Shown one piece after another: positions 8,720-17,408 of a DNA stretch of 64,000 nt; within the stretch, counting starts at the first letter, position 1; each line of letters starts with the position of its first letter. Below the pieces are notes generated by a model that had not been told where the DNA came from, did no database searches, and worked only from the letters and a program-made list of their open reading frames with translations. Position numbers and translations under genes: made by a program. Origin of the DNA: a virus; the IMG/VR virus record IMGVR_UViG_3300034140_000002, positions 15,558 through 79,557 of that record. One strand, 5' to 3'.

Positions 8720-9769
8720 ATGGCATCATTTGCACCAAAAAGTAATCGTCCAGCCCAATCCGAGAATACGGATAGCAAGCCTTTCGTAGCAATCATTCCA
8801 GAAGACGGCTTACAAGTTGTCCAGATTGGTCTGCTGGCATATCTAGGGGAGCACAAAAAGCATCCTAAGTTTGCCTCTACAAACGGTAAGCGTGAGCAGG
8901 ACGAGAATGGTGAAGATAAGATTCTGTGGCCTAAAGAAGGTAAAGACACCGAGCAACGTGTTGGTGTGTATGTAGACCTCCTGTCTCAAACTCATGACTT
9001 CGGTGAGGACATCGGTGTTAAAAACATCCGTCTGCCTCTGCACCAAGTAAGCCGTGGTATGAGTGAGGGTGTTAATTTCACTACCGTAGCTCCTCGCACT
9101 CCTGATGGTGACTACATCAAGGGTAAGCCTTGGCTGCTGGCTAGCACGAGTAATTTGTACAAGATTGCTGGCGTTACTCAGATTGACAAGGAAACTAAAG
9201 TGTCGGATGTCATCTTCAAAGCTGACTACAAGAATAAAGACTTGAACAATATTAACCTGCTGCTGGGTAAGCCGTTCATGTTTAATCTTGATGTTAAGGT
9301 TGAGAAAAAGGAAGATAACACTTACGTCAACACTAAGCTGAAAAGCCCTGTACCAATGATGAAAGGTATGGCAGCACCTGATGCCCTGTCCCCTGCTATC
9401 AGCATCACCTTTGATGATGAGGACTTGCTGGAAGAACGTGAGGACTTGGGTGGTGTGGCTAAGATTGATCTGCTGCGTGTAGCTGATCTGCGTCGTATTG
9501 TGCTGGCAACGGATTATGCTGGCACTAAGATGCAAGAGGCTATTCAGGAGCGCTTTGATGAGGATGAACTTATCAAAAAGGCTAAGGAGATTGATGCGAA
9601 GATTATCGAGACGGATAAAGACCTGATTGAGATTCGTGCTAAGTTCCCTAATGGCCCTGATGGTGGTGAAGCCCCTGCCCCTGTTAAAGCAGAAGGTGCT
9701 AAACCTAAAACTCCAATCAAGCCTAAGCCTCCTGCGGAAGGTGGCGCTGAGCCAGAGAGTCCATTCTAA
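8720..9769 (+). CDS. Putative single-stranded DNA-binding / recombination protein
   Basis: Strong AAGGA SD, own promoter and terminator, located between polymerase and exonuclease, flexible Pro/Glu tail ending EPESPF like SSB acidic-PF tails. Confidence 0.55.
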   Translation: MASFAPKSNRPAQSENTDSKPFVAIIPEDGLQVVQIGLLAYLGEHKKHPKFASTNGKREQDENGEDKILWPKEGKDTEQRVGVYVDLLSQTHDFGEDIGVKNIRLPLHQVSRGMSEGVNFTTVAPRTPDGDYIKGKPWLLASTSNLYKIAGVTQIDKETKVSDVIFKADYKNKDLNNINLLLGKPFMFNLDVKVEKKEDNTYVNTKLKSPVPMMKGMAAPDALSPAISITFDDEDLLEEREDLGGVAKIDLLRVADLRRIVLATDYAGTKMQEAIQERFDEDELIKKAKEIDAKIIETDKDLIEIRAKFPNGPDGGEAPAPVKAEGAKPKTPIKPKPPAEGGAEPESPF

Positions 9770-9782
9770 ATTGTAATTAACA

Positions 9783-9820
9783 GCCCTGCATCCTAACGGG
9801 TGTGGGGTTTTTCTGTTTTG
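9783..9820 (+). terminator. Rho-independent terminator
   Basis: GCCCTGCATCC-TAAC-GGGTGTGGGGT followed by T-rich tract. Confidence 0.8.
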
Positions 9821-9832
9821 TTTAAGGATTAT

Positions 9833-10591
9833 ATGACCGTAGCTAACCAGCACGAAAAAGAGATTAACAAGATTTTGGCAGCAGGCTCTCACTTCAAACC
9901 GAAGGGTGCATTCATTGCCGGAGGAGCGCTCACTAGCGCCTTCACTAACCAACCTATTAACGATGTAGATTACTACTTCAAAACTAAAGAAGCTTTCATG
10001 GATGCTGTGTCCGAGGCTTACTCTGAGATGATGTGGTGTGTGGCTGCGACAGATCGCGCTGTAACATTCGTATACCATGATCACATTATCCAGCTTATGC
10101 TGTTTGACTTCTTCCCAGAAGCTAAAGACATCTTCAATGCATTCGATTACACCATCTGCATGGCTGCATACGACTTGGATAGCGAAGAGCTTATCTTTCA
10201 CAACGATTTCCTGAAGCATGCCTCACAGCGTCATCTGAGCTTCCATAGTGGCACTCGCTATCCTTATGGCTCGTTGCTGCGCGTACTCAAGTACCAGAGT
10301 CGTGGCTATAGCATCGGCAAGGGCGATTTGCTGCGTATTGCACTCTGCTGCGCTCAAGTGGAGATTAACTCTTGGGATGACCTCGCAGCAGCTATTGGTG
10401 GGCAGTATGGCGAGAAGGCTAAGATTGATACCGATGTTCCATTCTCTATGGAAGCTGCTATTAAACTTTACGAAGAGTCTCCTGAGATTACTGTGCAAGG
10501 TAACACAGAGGCTATGCCCGGTAGTGCTGGCGAGTTGCTGTACAAGCTCAAGCTTATCGAAGAAGATAAACAGGAAGATTATGACTGGTGA
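9833..10591 (+). CDS. Nucleotidyltransferase-superfamily protein (polyA polymerase/CCA enzyme head-like)
   Basis: FIAGGALTS...INDVDYYF and FDYTIC motifs; ATG 9833 after AAGGA. Confidence 0.7.
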   Translation: MTVANQHEKEINKILAAGSHFKPKGAFIAGGALTSAFTNQPINDVDYYFKTKEAFMDAVSEAYSEMMWCVAATDRAVTFVYHDHIIQLMLFDFFPEAKDIFNAFDYTICMAAYDLDSEELIFHNDFLKHASQRHLSFHSGTRYPYGSLLRVLKYQSRGYSIGKGDLLRIALCCAQVEINSWDDLAAAIGGQYGEKAKIDTDVPFSMEAAIKLYEESPEITVQGNTEAMPGSAGELLYKLKLIEEDKQEDYDW

Positions 10592-11333
10592 TAAAGTAAC
10601 AGTCGGAAGTGTGTTTGATACGAAGTCGTTTGGGCAGTGTATAGTGACTGAGTATGTGAATGCCAACAAGGTGTATGTGAAGTTTATTAACACAGGTGGT
10701 GAACGGTATACAACAACCGGCAATCTTAAGAGGGGTTTAGTCAAAGATTACCTCACTCCTGTTGTGTGTGGTGTCGGGTTTATTGGTAATGGTAAATATC
10801 CTTGCAGAGTTGGTGGAAAAGTAACAAAGGAGTATTCTCACTGGTCTGCTATGCTGCAACGTGTATATGAACCAGATGGAGTTACCGCATATGAAGATGT
10901 ATCTGTTGCGGAGTGTTGGCGCAATTTCCAAGGGTTTGCACACTGGTGTCAATCTCAGAAGGGATTTTCAGAAGGTTGCTTTAATCTGGACAAGGATTTA
11001 CTTAAAAAGGGTAATAGAGTTTACAGCCCAGATCATTGTTGTTTCATACCATACCATGTCAACACTGCGATAACAGGGATGAAGTGTTTTAACACCTCCG
11101 GTGAGACTGGTGTGTACAAATCAAAAACTGGAATGTTTTGTGCCGAGATTACGATGAACGGTAGTAAGGTTCATTTAGGGTCTTTCAAGACAAAAGAACA
11201 GGCTTCATTTGCTTACAAAAATGCTAAAGAATCTTACGTCCAATCTTTAGCAGAGGTCTATAAAGAACGTGTAGCGGAAAACGTTTACAATGCTATAAAG
11301 AACTGGAGAGTAAATGACAACAGTATTATTTGA
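10581..11333 (+). CDS. Free-standing HNH homing endonuclease with C-terminal AP2-like domain
   Basis: W.AM.QR.Y, V...W.NFQ.FA.WC, LDKD...GNRVYSPDHCCF, SGETGV, HLGSF...A..AY; ATG 10581. Confidence 0.85.
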   Translation: MTGDKVTVGSVFDTKSFGQCIVTEYVNANKVYVKFINTGGERYTTTGNLKRGLVKDYLTPVVCGVGFIGNGKYPCRVGGKVTKEYSHWSAMLQRVYEPDGVTAYEDVSVAECWRNFQGFAHWCQSQKGFSEGCFNLDKDLLKKGNRVYSPDHCCFIPYHVNTAITGMKCFNTSGETGVYKSKTGMFCAEITMNGSKVHLGSFKTKEQASFAYKNAKESYVQSLAEVYKERVAENVYNAIKNWRVNDNSII

Positions 11334-12342
11334 TTATGATCCCATCCTTTATGCCGCTGGTAGCGTAGGTGAGACTCGCACAGTAAAAATCGTCCACCGT
11401 CAATCAGGGGACGAGTACGAATTTGACAACCGCACAGTATTTTGGGGTCATTGGAAAGCTAAAGCTGGTGGCTGGCTAGCAGATTACAATAAGGGTGCTG
11501 ATAGCCCAAGACTACCCGAAGAATTTGATGTAACTGATGTGCAAACCCCGGAGCCAATTGAGAACTGTCTTCACACTGTCAAGAGGATGATTGAAGCTAC
11601 TTGTGAAACTATAGGTACAAAGAGTTACTACGGGTATTCAGGAAAGGGAAAAACATTTCGAGAAGACATCTCTACTATTCTGAAGTACAAAGGTAATCGA
11701 GATAACTCGCTTCGCCCCTTTCATTTGGATAACTTGAAAGAATACTTAACTAAACATCACAACTGCGAGATTATTACCAGAATCGAAGCGGACGATGCTT
11801 GCACTATAGACAGCTACAACGGTTGGCATGCATGGAAGAAAAGTAGAAGCGACAAGGACAAGTTAGTATTAGCCTTTCAAGATAAGGACTACTACGGGAT
11901 TGCAGGGCACATTTTCAACACAAACACTCAAGAGCCTATCTGCTCTTACGATGGCTTCGGTTGGCTAGGTCTGAACGATAAAGGTGACGTTAAAGGTAGG
12001 GGGAGGTTGTGGCTACTCCATCAAGTAATGAGTTCAGATGACGCTGATAATTACGCTGCTAACAGTGCCTGCGATATGAGGTGGGGGGAAAAGTCCTCGT
12101 TCAAGCTTCTTAAGGATTGCACAACAGACAAAGAAGCATTCGAGGCAGTGGTGGCTGGATACAAAAAATTATACCCAGCTAAGAAGAAAATTGTAGGGTG
12201 GCGAGGTGACGAAATTGAGATTGATTGGTTGTATGTGCTGCAAGAAAACTTTAACTTAGCAAAGATGTTGAGGAGTGCAGAGGAACAACCAACAGATATC
12301 AAAGAGGTTCTAGACAAGTTAGGTATTGCTTATGTCAGCTAA
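11314..12342 (+). CDS. 5'-3' exonuclease (T7 gp6 / T5 D15-like FEN family)
   Basis: FDYD.ILY, YKGNR, IEADD, DKD, DDADN acidic motifs. Confidence 0.85.
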   Translation: MTTVLFDYDPILYAAGSVGETRTVKIVHRQSGDEYEFDNRTVFWGHWKAKAGGWLADYNKGADSPRLPEEFDVTDVQTPEPIENCLHTVKRMIEATCETIGTKSYYGYSGKGKTFREDISTILKYKGNRDNSLRPFHLDNLKEYLTKHHNCEIITRIEADDACTIDSYNGWHAWKKSRSDKDKLVLAFQDKDYYGIAGHIFNTNTQEPICSYDGFGWLGLNDKGDVKGRGRLWLLHQVMSSDDADNYAANSACDMRWGEKSSFKLLKDCTTDKEAFEAVVAGYKKLYPAKKKIVGWRGDEIEIDWLYVLQENFNLAKMLRSAEEQPTDIKEVLDKLGIAYVS

Positions 12343-12877
12343 GAAGGTTAAGGAGCCTCTTGTAAGGTGCGGAGGCACTATGACAGAATCGGCCTATCTT
12401 GCTTGGATACGCTCCGCTTTGCGTAGCAAGTCCTTACGTTGGAAGCCACGCACAACAGCTATTGAGCTTTCCAGACGAGCCTACAAAGGCCCGAACAAGC
12501 TTCAGAAGTGGGAGTGCCAATGTGCCTTATGCGGCTTGTGGTTTAAGCAGAAGGATATCGTAGTGGATCACTATCCAGTGGCAGCAGGCAGTATCAAGAG
12601 TGTCGCAGATATTGGTAACTTCGCCAATAATCTGTTCTGTGAAACTGATAATCTCCGCGTACTCTGTTCACCCTGTCACGACACACACACCCTATCGGAA
12701 AAGCTTGGCATCACTTTCTCAGAAGCTGTAGTAGAGCAAGAAATAATTGCCATCTGCAAGAAAAAACTTCCAGAAATCCTTGCGTTCGCGCAAGACTACG
12801 GATACACTAAGGAACAGTTGTCCAATCCTGAGAAACGTCGTAATGTCGTTTCCACTATATTGAAAGGAATTACATGA
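12332..12877 (+). CDS. HNH/endonuclease VII-like nuclease
   Basis: CALC...VVDH...NLRVLCSPCHD.HT. Confidence 0.75.
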   Translation: MSAKKVKEPLVRCGGTMTESAYLAWIRSALRSKSLRWKPRTTAIELSRRAYKGPNKLQKWECQCALCGLWFKQKDIVVDHYPVAAGSIKSVADIGNFANNLFCETDNLRVLCSPCHDTHTLSEKLGITFSEAVVEQEIIAICKKKLPEILAFAQDYGYTKEQLSNPEKRRNVVSTILKGIT

Positions 12878-13515
12878 GTACTAAACTGCCAAACAAATTT
12901 GAATTTATTACAAGCCTTACAAAGCACACTTACAAGATGGAGAAGGTGGGTGACACTTACTACTGTTCTGCACTAGGTGTGGATGCGGACCCTGAATGGC
13001 ACACTCCTTGGAAAGTACGATCTATTCAGGAAGCTTTGGCTGAGGGGCTTTGGACAATTACTAAAGACTTGGACCCGCAAGAACCTGAGTTGGTGTTCCC
13101 TTTCACGTACCGTCACAATGGCTGCGACACAGAGCACATCGTTGTAAAAGGTAGTGATGGGACATTAAAATGGATGGAAGACTACCCAACAACATGGGAT
13201 GACTTGTTCTCAGAGGATCAACTGCGAGAGGATATTAAAAGGGGGGAGATTATTATCCTCTCAGTGGGAGAGCAACCCAAGCCCTCGCAGACGCGCCCAG
13301 AAGCCCCTACAAGCGTCGTAGAAACTCTTAAGGTACGAGTGGACTCTTCTGAGATTAAAGCTGCCACAGAGGCTATGAATGCCCTTGCTGCGGGTGTGGA
13401 GAATGTTAATGTCAGTTTGGAGAGTATGCAGAAACTGTTGGCAGAGATGGGGCTGGGTAATGGTGGATACGTAACTCAAGCAGCAGTTGGTGACTTTTTC
13501 GAGGTAGAATTTTAA
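12874..13515 (+). CDS. Hypothetical protein with apparent internal duplication
   Basis: AAGGA SD; two similar ~70 aa N-terminal units. Confidence 0.6.
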   Translation: MSTKLPNKFEFITSLTKHTYKMEKVGDTYYCSALGVDADPEWHTPWKVRSIQEALAEGLWTITKDLDPQEPELVFPFTYRHNGCDTEHIVVKGSDGTLKWMEDYPTTWDDLFSEDQLREDIKRGEIIILSVGEQPKPSQTRPEAPTSVVETLKVRVDSSEIKAATEAMNALAAGVENVNVSLESMQKLLAEMGLGNGGYVTQAAVGDFFEVEF

Positions 13516-13758
13516 ATGGAAAATAAAAATCGTTGTGTGGTGCCCGTGGACAAAGCGGAGTTTGACACTCTTAAGCAGCAAGTTGAGGTGTTGGAACGGA
13601 TAGTAAATCGTCTCAAGGGTGCGAATACAACTTACGGCGGTTGGCCCCCTAATCAGAAGTATTGGCTTGAACAGCACTACGGCCTAGATAATTCTGAAAA
13701 GAAGGTCAATATTGACTGGGCAAATCTAGGGACTACTGGAAAGGATTACAATGTTTAA
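13516..13758 (+). CDS. Hypothetical protein
   Basis: GAGG SD, in gene run. Confidence 0.55.
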   Translation: MENKNRCVVPVDKAEFDTLKQQVEVLERIVNRLKGANTTYGGWPPNQKYWLEQHYGLDNSEKKVNIDWANLGTTGKDYNV

Positions 13759-13966
13759 ACGAATCACAGAAGTGGATGAAGGCCCGTTTGAGGGGTTTGT
13801 GTACACCAATGATATGAATGATGAAGTTTATATAGAAATCTATGACGACTTGTCAGGGGCAACGTTGCGGGACGGAAGCGACTATATTATTGTTAGCAAG
13901 GAAGACTTCCCTAAAATGCTAAACGCGTTGCAATCAGCTTATGAATACATTAAGGAGCGCACTTGA
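13751..13966 (+). CDS. Hypothetical protein
   Basis: AAGGA SD, coupled. Confidence 0.55.
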   Translation: MFKRITEVDEGPFEGFVYTNDMNDEVYIEIYDDLSGATLRDGSDYIIVSKEDFPKMLNALQSAYEYIKERT

Positions 13967-14919
13967 ACGATAACATGGAATGGCAAGTTGATGCTGTTAA
14001 TCTTGCTAACACAGGTGCCCTATCATGGCGCGGGATTGCTAAGGCGCTGGGAGTCAGTAAGAGTACAGTGTCAGACTATCTGCGCAGCTATTACGGCACT
14101 CTGGCTGCTACGAATGGTGGGGATGTTAATGGGGAAGAAAAGCTTCCTACTCACTTAGTAATCTTTGACACTCAAGTACGTCCGGGGATTGATCTAGACT
14201 ATCTACGTTGGATTGGCGAATACATTGTCCGCAAGAAGCCTGATGTTATTGTTATGATTGGTGACCATGCAGATATGGAAAGCCTTAGCTCTTACGACAA
14301 GGGTAAGCGTTCTGCTGAGGGTAAGCGTGTGCAGGAGGATATCAATGCTGCTATTGACGGTATGCGGGAGTTGCTTGTACCTATGTATAGCCTACAAGTA
14401 AAGCAAAAGCTTGCTGGTGAGACTGTTTACAACCCCCGTATGGTGTTAACACTAGGTAACCATGAGCAAAGGGTTGAACGCCACGTAGATGCTAATCCAG
14501 AATTGTATGGGTTCTTAAGTATTGACGACTTGCAATACAAAGAGTTTGGATGGGAAGTATATCCTTTCCTCACTCCGGTAGAAATTGATGGTGTCTACTA
14601 TTGCCATTATTTCCCTAACGTGATGACTGGCAAGCCTCTGGGCGGTACAGCAGCTAATATGCTTACTAAGATTGGCACCAGCTTCACTATGGGGCACCAG
14701 CAGCTTCTGGACATCGCTGTGCGTACTCTGCAAACTACTGGGCAGCAGCAATGGGGTGTGAAGTGTGGTAGCTCCTATGTGCACGATGAAAGTTATAAGG
14801 GCGTGCAGGGTAATAAGCATTGGAGGGGGATTATGGTTAAGCATAACGTTAAAGACGGGAGCTATGATCCTCTTATGATTTCCATGGATTGGCTTAAAAA
14901 GGAATATTCAAATGTATAA
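13963..14919 (+). CDS. Calcineurin-like metallophosphoesterase with N-terminal helix-turn-helix
   Basis: SWRGIAKALGVSKSTVSDYL HTH; D.Q, GDHAD, LGNHE, YCHY, GHQQ motifs. Confidence 0.85.
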   Translation: MNDNMEWQVDAVNLANTGALSWRGIAKALGVSKSTVSDYLRSYYGTLAATNGGDVNGEEKLPTHLVIFDTQVRPGIDLDYLRWIGEYIVRKKPDVIVMIGDHADMESLSSYDKGKRSAEGKRVQEDINAAIDGMRELLVPMYSLQVKQKLAGETVYNPRMVLTLGNHEQRVERHVDANPELYGFLSIDDLQYKEFGWEVYPFLTPVEIDGVYYCHYFPNVMTGKPLGGTAANMLTKIGTSFTMGHQQLLDIAVRTLQTTGQQQWGVKCGSSYVHDESYKGVQGNKHWRGIMVKHNVKDGSYDPLMISMDWLKKEYSNV

Positions 14920-15276
14920 AATTCACACCACAGATGTGGCTATCCGCGAAGCATTTAAGAAGTTCCATGAGAATGCTTTGGAGTTCCCAGAAGACTTTAA
15001 CGAGGACTACGCTAACTATAATAGTGACCAATACTCAGAACTAGTAACTAACTATTTCTTAGAACTCTTGGAAGATGCGAGTACATAATGACTGAAAAAG
15101 ACTACAACATCTGCATTGGCAGAATCCTCGCAGGGCAAGCGCTCTCTGAAGATACGGCACAGAGTTTCATTAGCGTTCTTAACGCTTTTGAGAACTTGCT
15201 TGATGAAGGTGATCAAGATGATTACTTTGGCACCGAAGGTTGGCGGCATCGTATTTGGGATTAAGTTAAATAGCCC

Positions 15277-15305
15277 TTGTCCTTTCCAGACACACTCTGT
15301 ATAAT
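15277..15305 (+). promoter_or_regulatory. sigma70-like promoter upstream of MazG-like/RNR genes
   Basis: TTGTCC-17 bp-TATAAT. Confidence 0.7.
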
Positions 15306-15343
15306 AGCTGCTGCAAGACAACAATTAATTAACAAGGAATCAC

Positions 15344-15865
15344 ATGAGCAATAATATTCAACAAGCGTATGAGCAAATCCGTAAGTGGTACAGCATCGCT
15401 GGCCGTCTCAATCATGCCAATCACGAAGCTGCCCTTGACGGTGTGCCACACCAATTAGAACTTATTGACGAAGAGTTGAAAGAAACTTTTACAGCATTTG
15501 AAGAACAGAATGTGGCAGAACTTGTAGACGGCACTTGCGACATGTTCTTTGTAGTGTGCGGAGAGATGCTTCGTCTAGAGGCGATGGGTGTAAATATCGA
15601 GAAAGCTCTTGCACGAGTTTGTGAGAATAATATGACTAAGTACCCATTGACCCATGAACATAAGCAAAATCCCGCTCTAGCCCCAGAAGGTTGTGAAGTG
15701 GTTTTTACCGATTATGGGCATGTTGTATACAAGCGACCTCTTGATGGGAAAATCCTTAAGCCTACTAACTATACCCCTGTGAACCTTGTAGGTACATTCC
15801 CAGAAGATCTTTTTGGAACTTCTTTGGATGACAACTTCTTCTTTCAGGTTGGAGAAGATAAATAA
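15344..15865 (+). CDS. MazG/HisE-like all-alpha nucleotide pyrophosphohydrolase
   Basis: LIDEELKET, ELVDG.CD.FFV, V..NNMTK, GKILKP motifs. Confidence 0.8.
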   Translation: MSNNIQQAYEQIRKWYSIAGRLNHANHEAALDGVPHQLELIDEELKETFTAFEEQNVAELVDGTCDMFFVVCGEMLRLEAMGVNIEKALARVCENNMTKYPLTHEHKQNPALAPEGCEVVFTDYGHVVYKRPLDGKILKPTNYTPVNLVGTFPEDLFGTSLDDNFFFQVGEDK

Positions 15866-16413
15866 TGCGAGCCACAAGCCTCCGAGATATTTTGCTGGCC
15901 TTCCGTCCGGGGACTTTCCCTAACGAAGTTACAATGATCCACCCAGATAATGACGCTGCTATCGCCACTGTGCTAGAACAGATTGGCTATGACATCAATA
16001 AAGAGTGGGAGTACGTCCCCTCCAAACATCGTGATATGCAAGGTGTTGTAGCAATTGGTTTTATGGTGGTGGGAGAATACTCCCGAGAAGATAAGCATCG
16101 CCATTTCCTAGACGCTAATGACCGCATTATCCTTGCTGGACAAGATGATGCCTCTCTTGGTAAAGAATTGGCAGGGATGGCAGGACGTAGGAACACGTAT
16201 AAGAACAATGATGAAACTGAGAACACTCGGCATAAGCCTGATGATCCTCGTTATTATTCTGATGCTCAATTACTTGACTTAGGTTTCACCACTGGCAATG
16301 AGGAAGAGTGCGACCCTTTTGAGGGGGATTACATCGAGTCTGACTGGGAGGATAATCTTCGCGCCATTAAAGTTTTAGAAGAAATCTGTGCTGCAATTCG
16401 TAAAGGAAACTAA
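15865..16413 (+). CDS. Hypothetical protein
   Basis: GGAG SD, TAATG coupling at both ends. Confidence 0.65.
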   Translation: MRATSLRDILLAFRPGTFPNEVTMIHPDNDAAIATVLEQIGYDINKEWEYVPSKHRDMQGVVAIGFMVVGEYSREDKHRHFLDANDRIILAGQDDASLGKELAGMAGRRNTYKNNDETENTRHKPDDPRYYSDAQLLDLGFTTGNEEECDPFEGDYIESDWEDNLRAIKVLEEICAAIRKGN

Positions 16414-17408
16414 TGTCAAAACTACCGCGTATTAAAACGCCTACAGATAGTTACGTAGTACACTACCCTCAGTTCATTGAGATGGCTAACACTCAGCTTG
16501 AGAAGTGCTTTTGGACAAGTAGTGAGATTGCAATCGAAAAAGATAAGCAGGATATGCTTGTTAATATGACTGAGGCTGAGAAGCATGCTGTTACCACTGC
16601 GCTCAAGCTGTTCGTTAAATATGAAATCTTTGTTGGCACTGAGTATTGGTTGAACAAGGTATTGGTGCAATACCCTCGCCCAGAGATTCAGCGCATGGCA
16701 TCTGTGTTTGGTATGATGGAGCTTGCAGTACATGCACCTTTCTATAATAAACTTAATGAAGTCTTGGGCCTTAACACTGAGGAATTTTATACTAGCTATG
16801 TCGACGATCCTATTCTTAAGGCTCGTGTTGACTTTCTGGATAGTGCTGTGGATAGTGACGATGAGCTTTTGTCCCTAGCTGCTTTTAGTATCATTGAAGG
16901 TGCTGTGTTGTTTAGTAGCTTTGCTATGTTTAAGAATTTCCAGAGCAATGGTAACAATCTTATCAGCAACACTGTTCGCGGCATCAACCAGAGTGTTATT
17001 GATGAAGGTTTGCATCAGCAAGCAGGGGCTGCACTGTTTAAGGTAGTTCTTAAAGAGAGTAAGCTTAGCGCAGAAGATAAGGCTGCACTGTTTGAGCGTA
17101 TTCAGGTTGTTGCTAAAGTTATTGGTGAGCATGAAGAACGTATCAATGATATGCTGTTTGAGAAGGGTGCTCCTCGTGGTGGCTATACTCTGGAGTCAGC
17201 CAAAGCGTTTGCCCGTAGCCGAGTTAATGTGTGCCTTAGCGATTTAGGAGTTGGACCTGTGTTCCCAGTTGAGCCTAATCCCGTAGCAGACTGGTTCTAC
17301 ACAAGTGTGCAAGGCTACCAGCAGATTGACTTCTTCACAGGAGTTGGTCGTGAGTACCAGCGTGGCTGGAATGAGAAGAATTTTGAGTGGAAGGTAGCGG
17401 ATGAGTGA
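16413..17408 (+). CDS. nrdB: Ribonucleotide reductase class Ia beta subunit
   Basis: W...E...KD, ELAVHAPFY radical Tyr, EGAVLFSSF, DEGLH, DFF. Confidence 0.93.
   Translation: MSKLPRIKTPTDSYVVHYPQFIEMANTQLEKCFWTSSEIAIEKDKQDMLVNMTEAEKHAVTTALKLFVKYEIFVGTEYWLNKVLVQYPRPEIQRMASVFGMMELAVHAPFYNKLNEVLGLNTEEFYTSYVDDPILKARVDFLDSAVDSDDELLSLAAFSIIEGAVLFSSFAMFKNFQSNGNNLISNTVRGINQSVIDEGLHQQAGAALFKVVLKESKLSAEDKAALFERIQVVAKVIGEHEERINDMLFEKGAPRGGYTLESAKAFARSRVNVCLSDLGVGPVFPVEPNPVADWFYTSVQGYQQIDFFTGVGREYQRGWNEKNFEWKVADE

Noticed and set aside
8843-10219. 458 aa antisense ORF
   Set aside because: Shadow of the SSB-like and nucleotidyltransferase genes; no SD, no motifs, runs against the operon
16413-17408. Non-canonical class I RNR beta (ExxxH spacing, Glu as first ligand)
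   Set aside because: Radical Tyr and other ligands are present; without alignment I cannot show it departs from related phage NrdB
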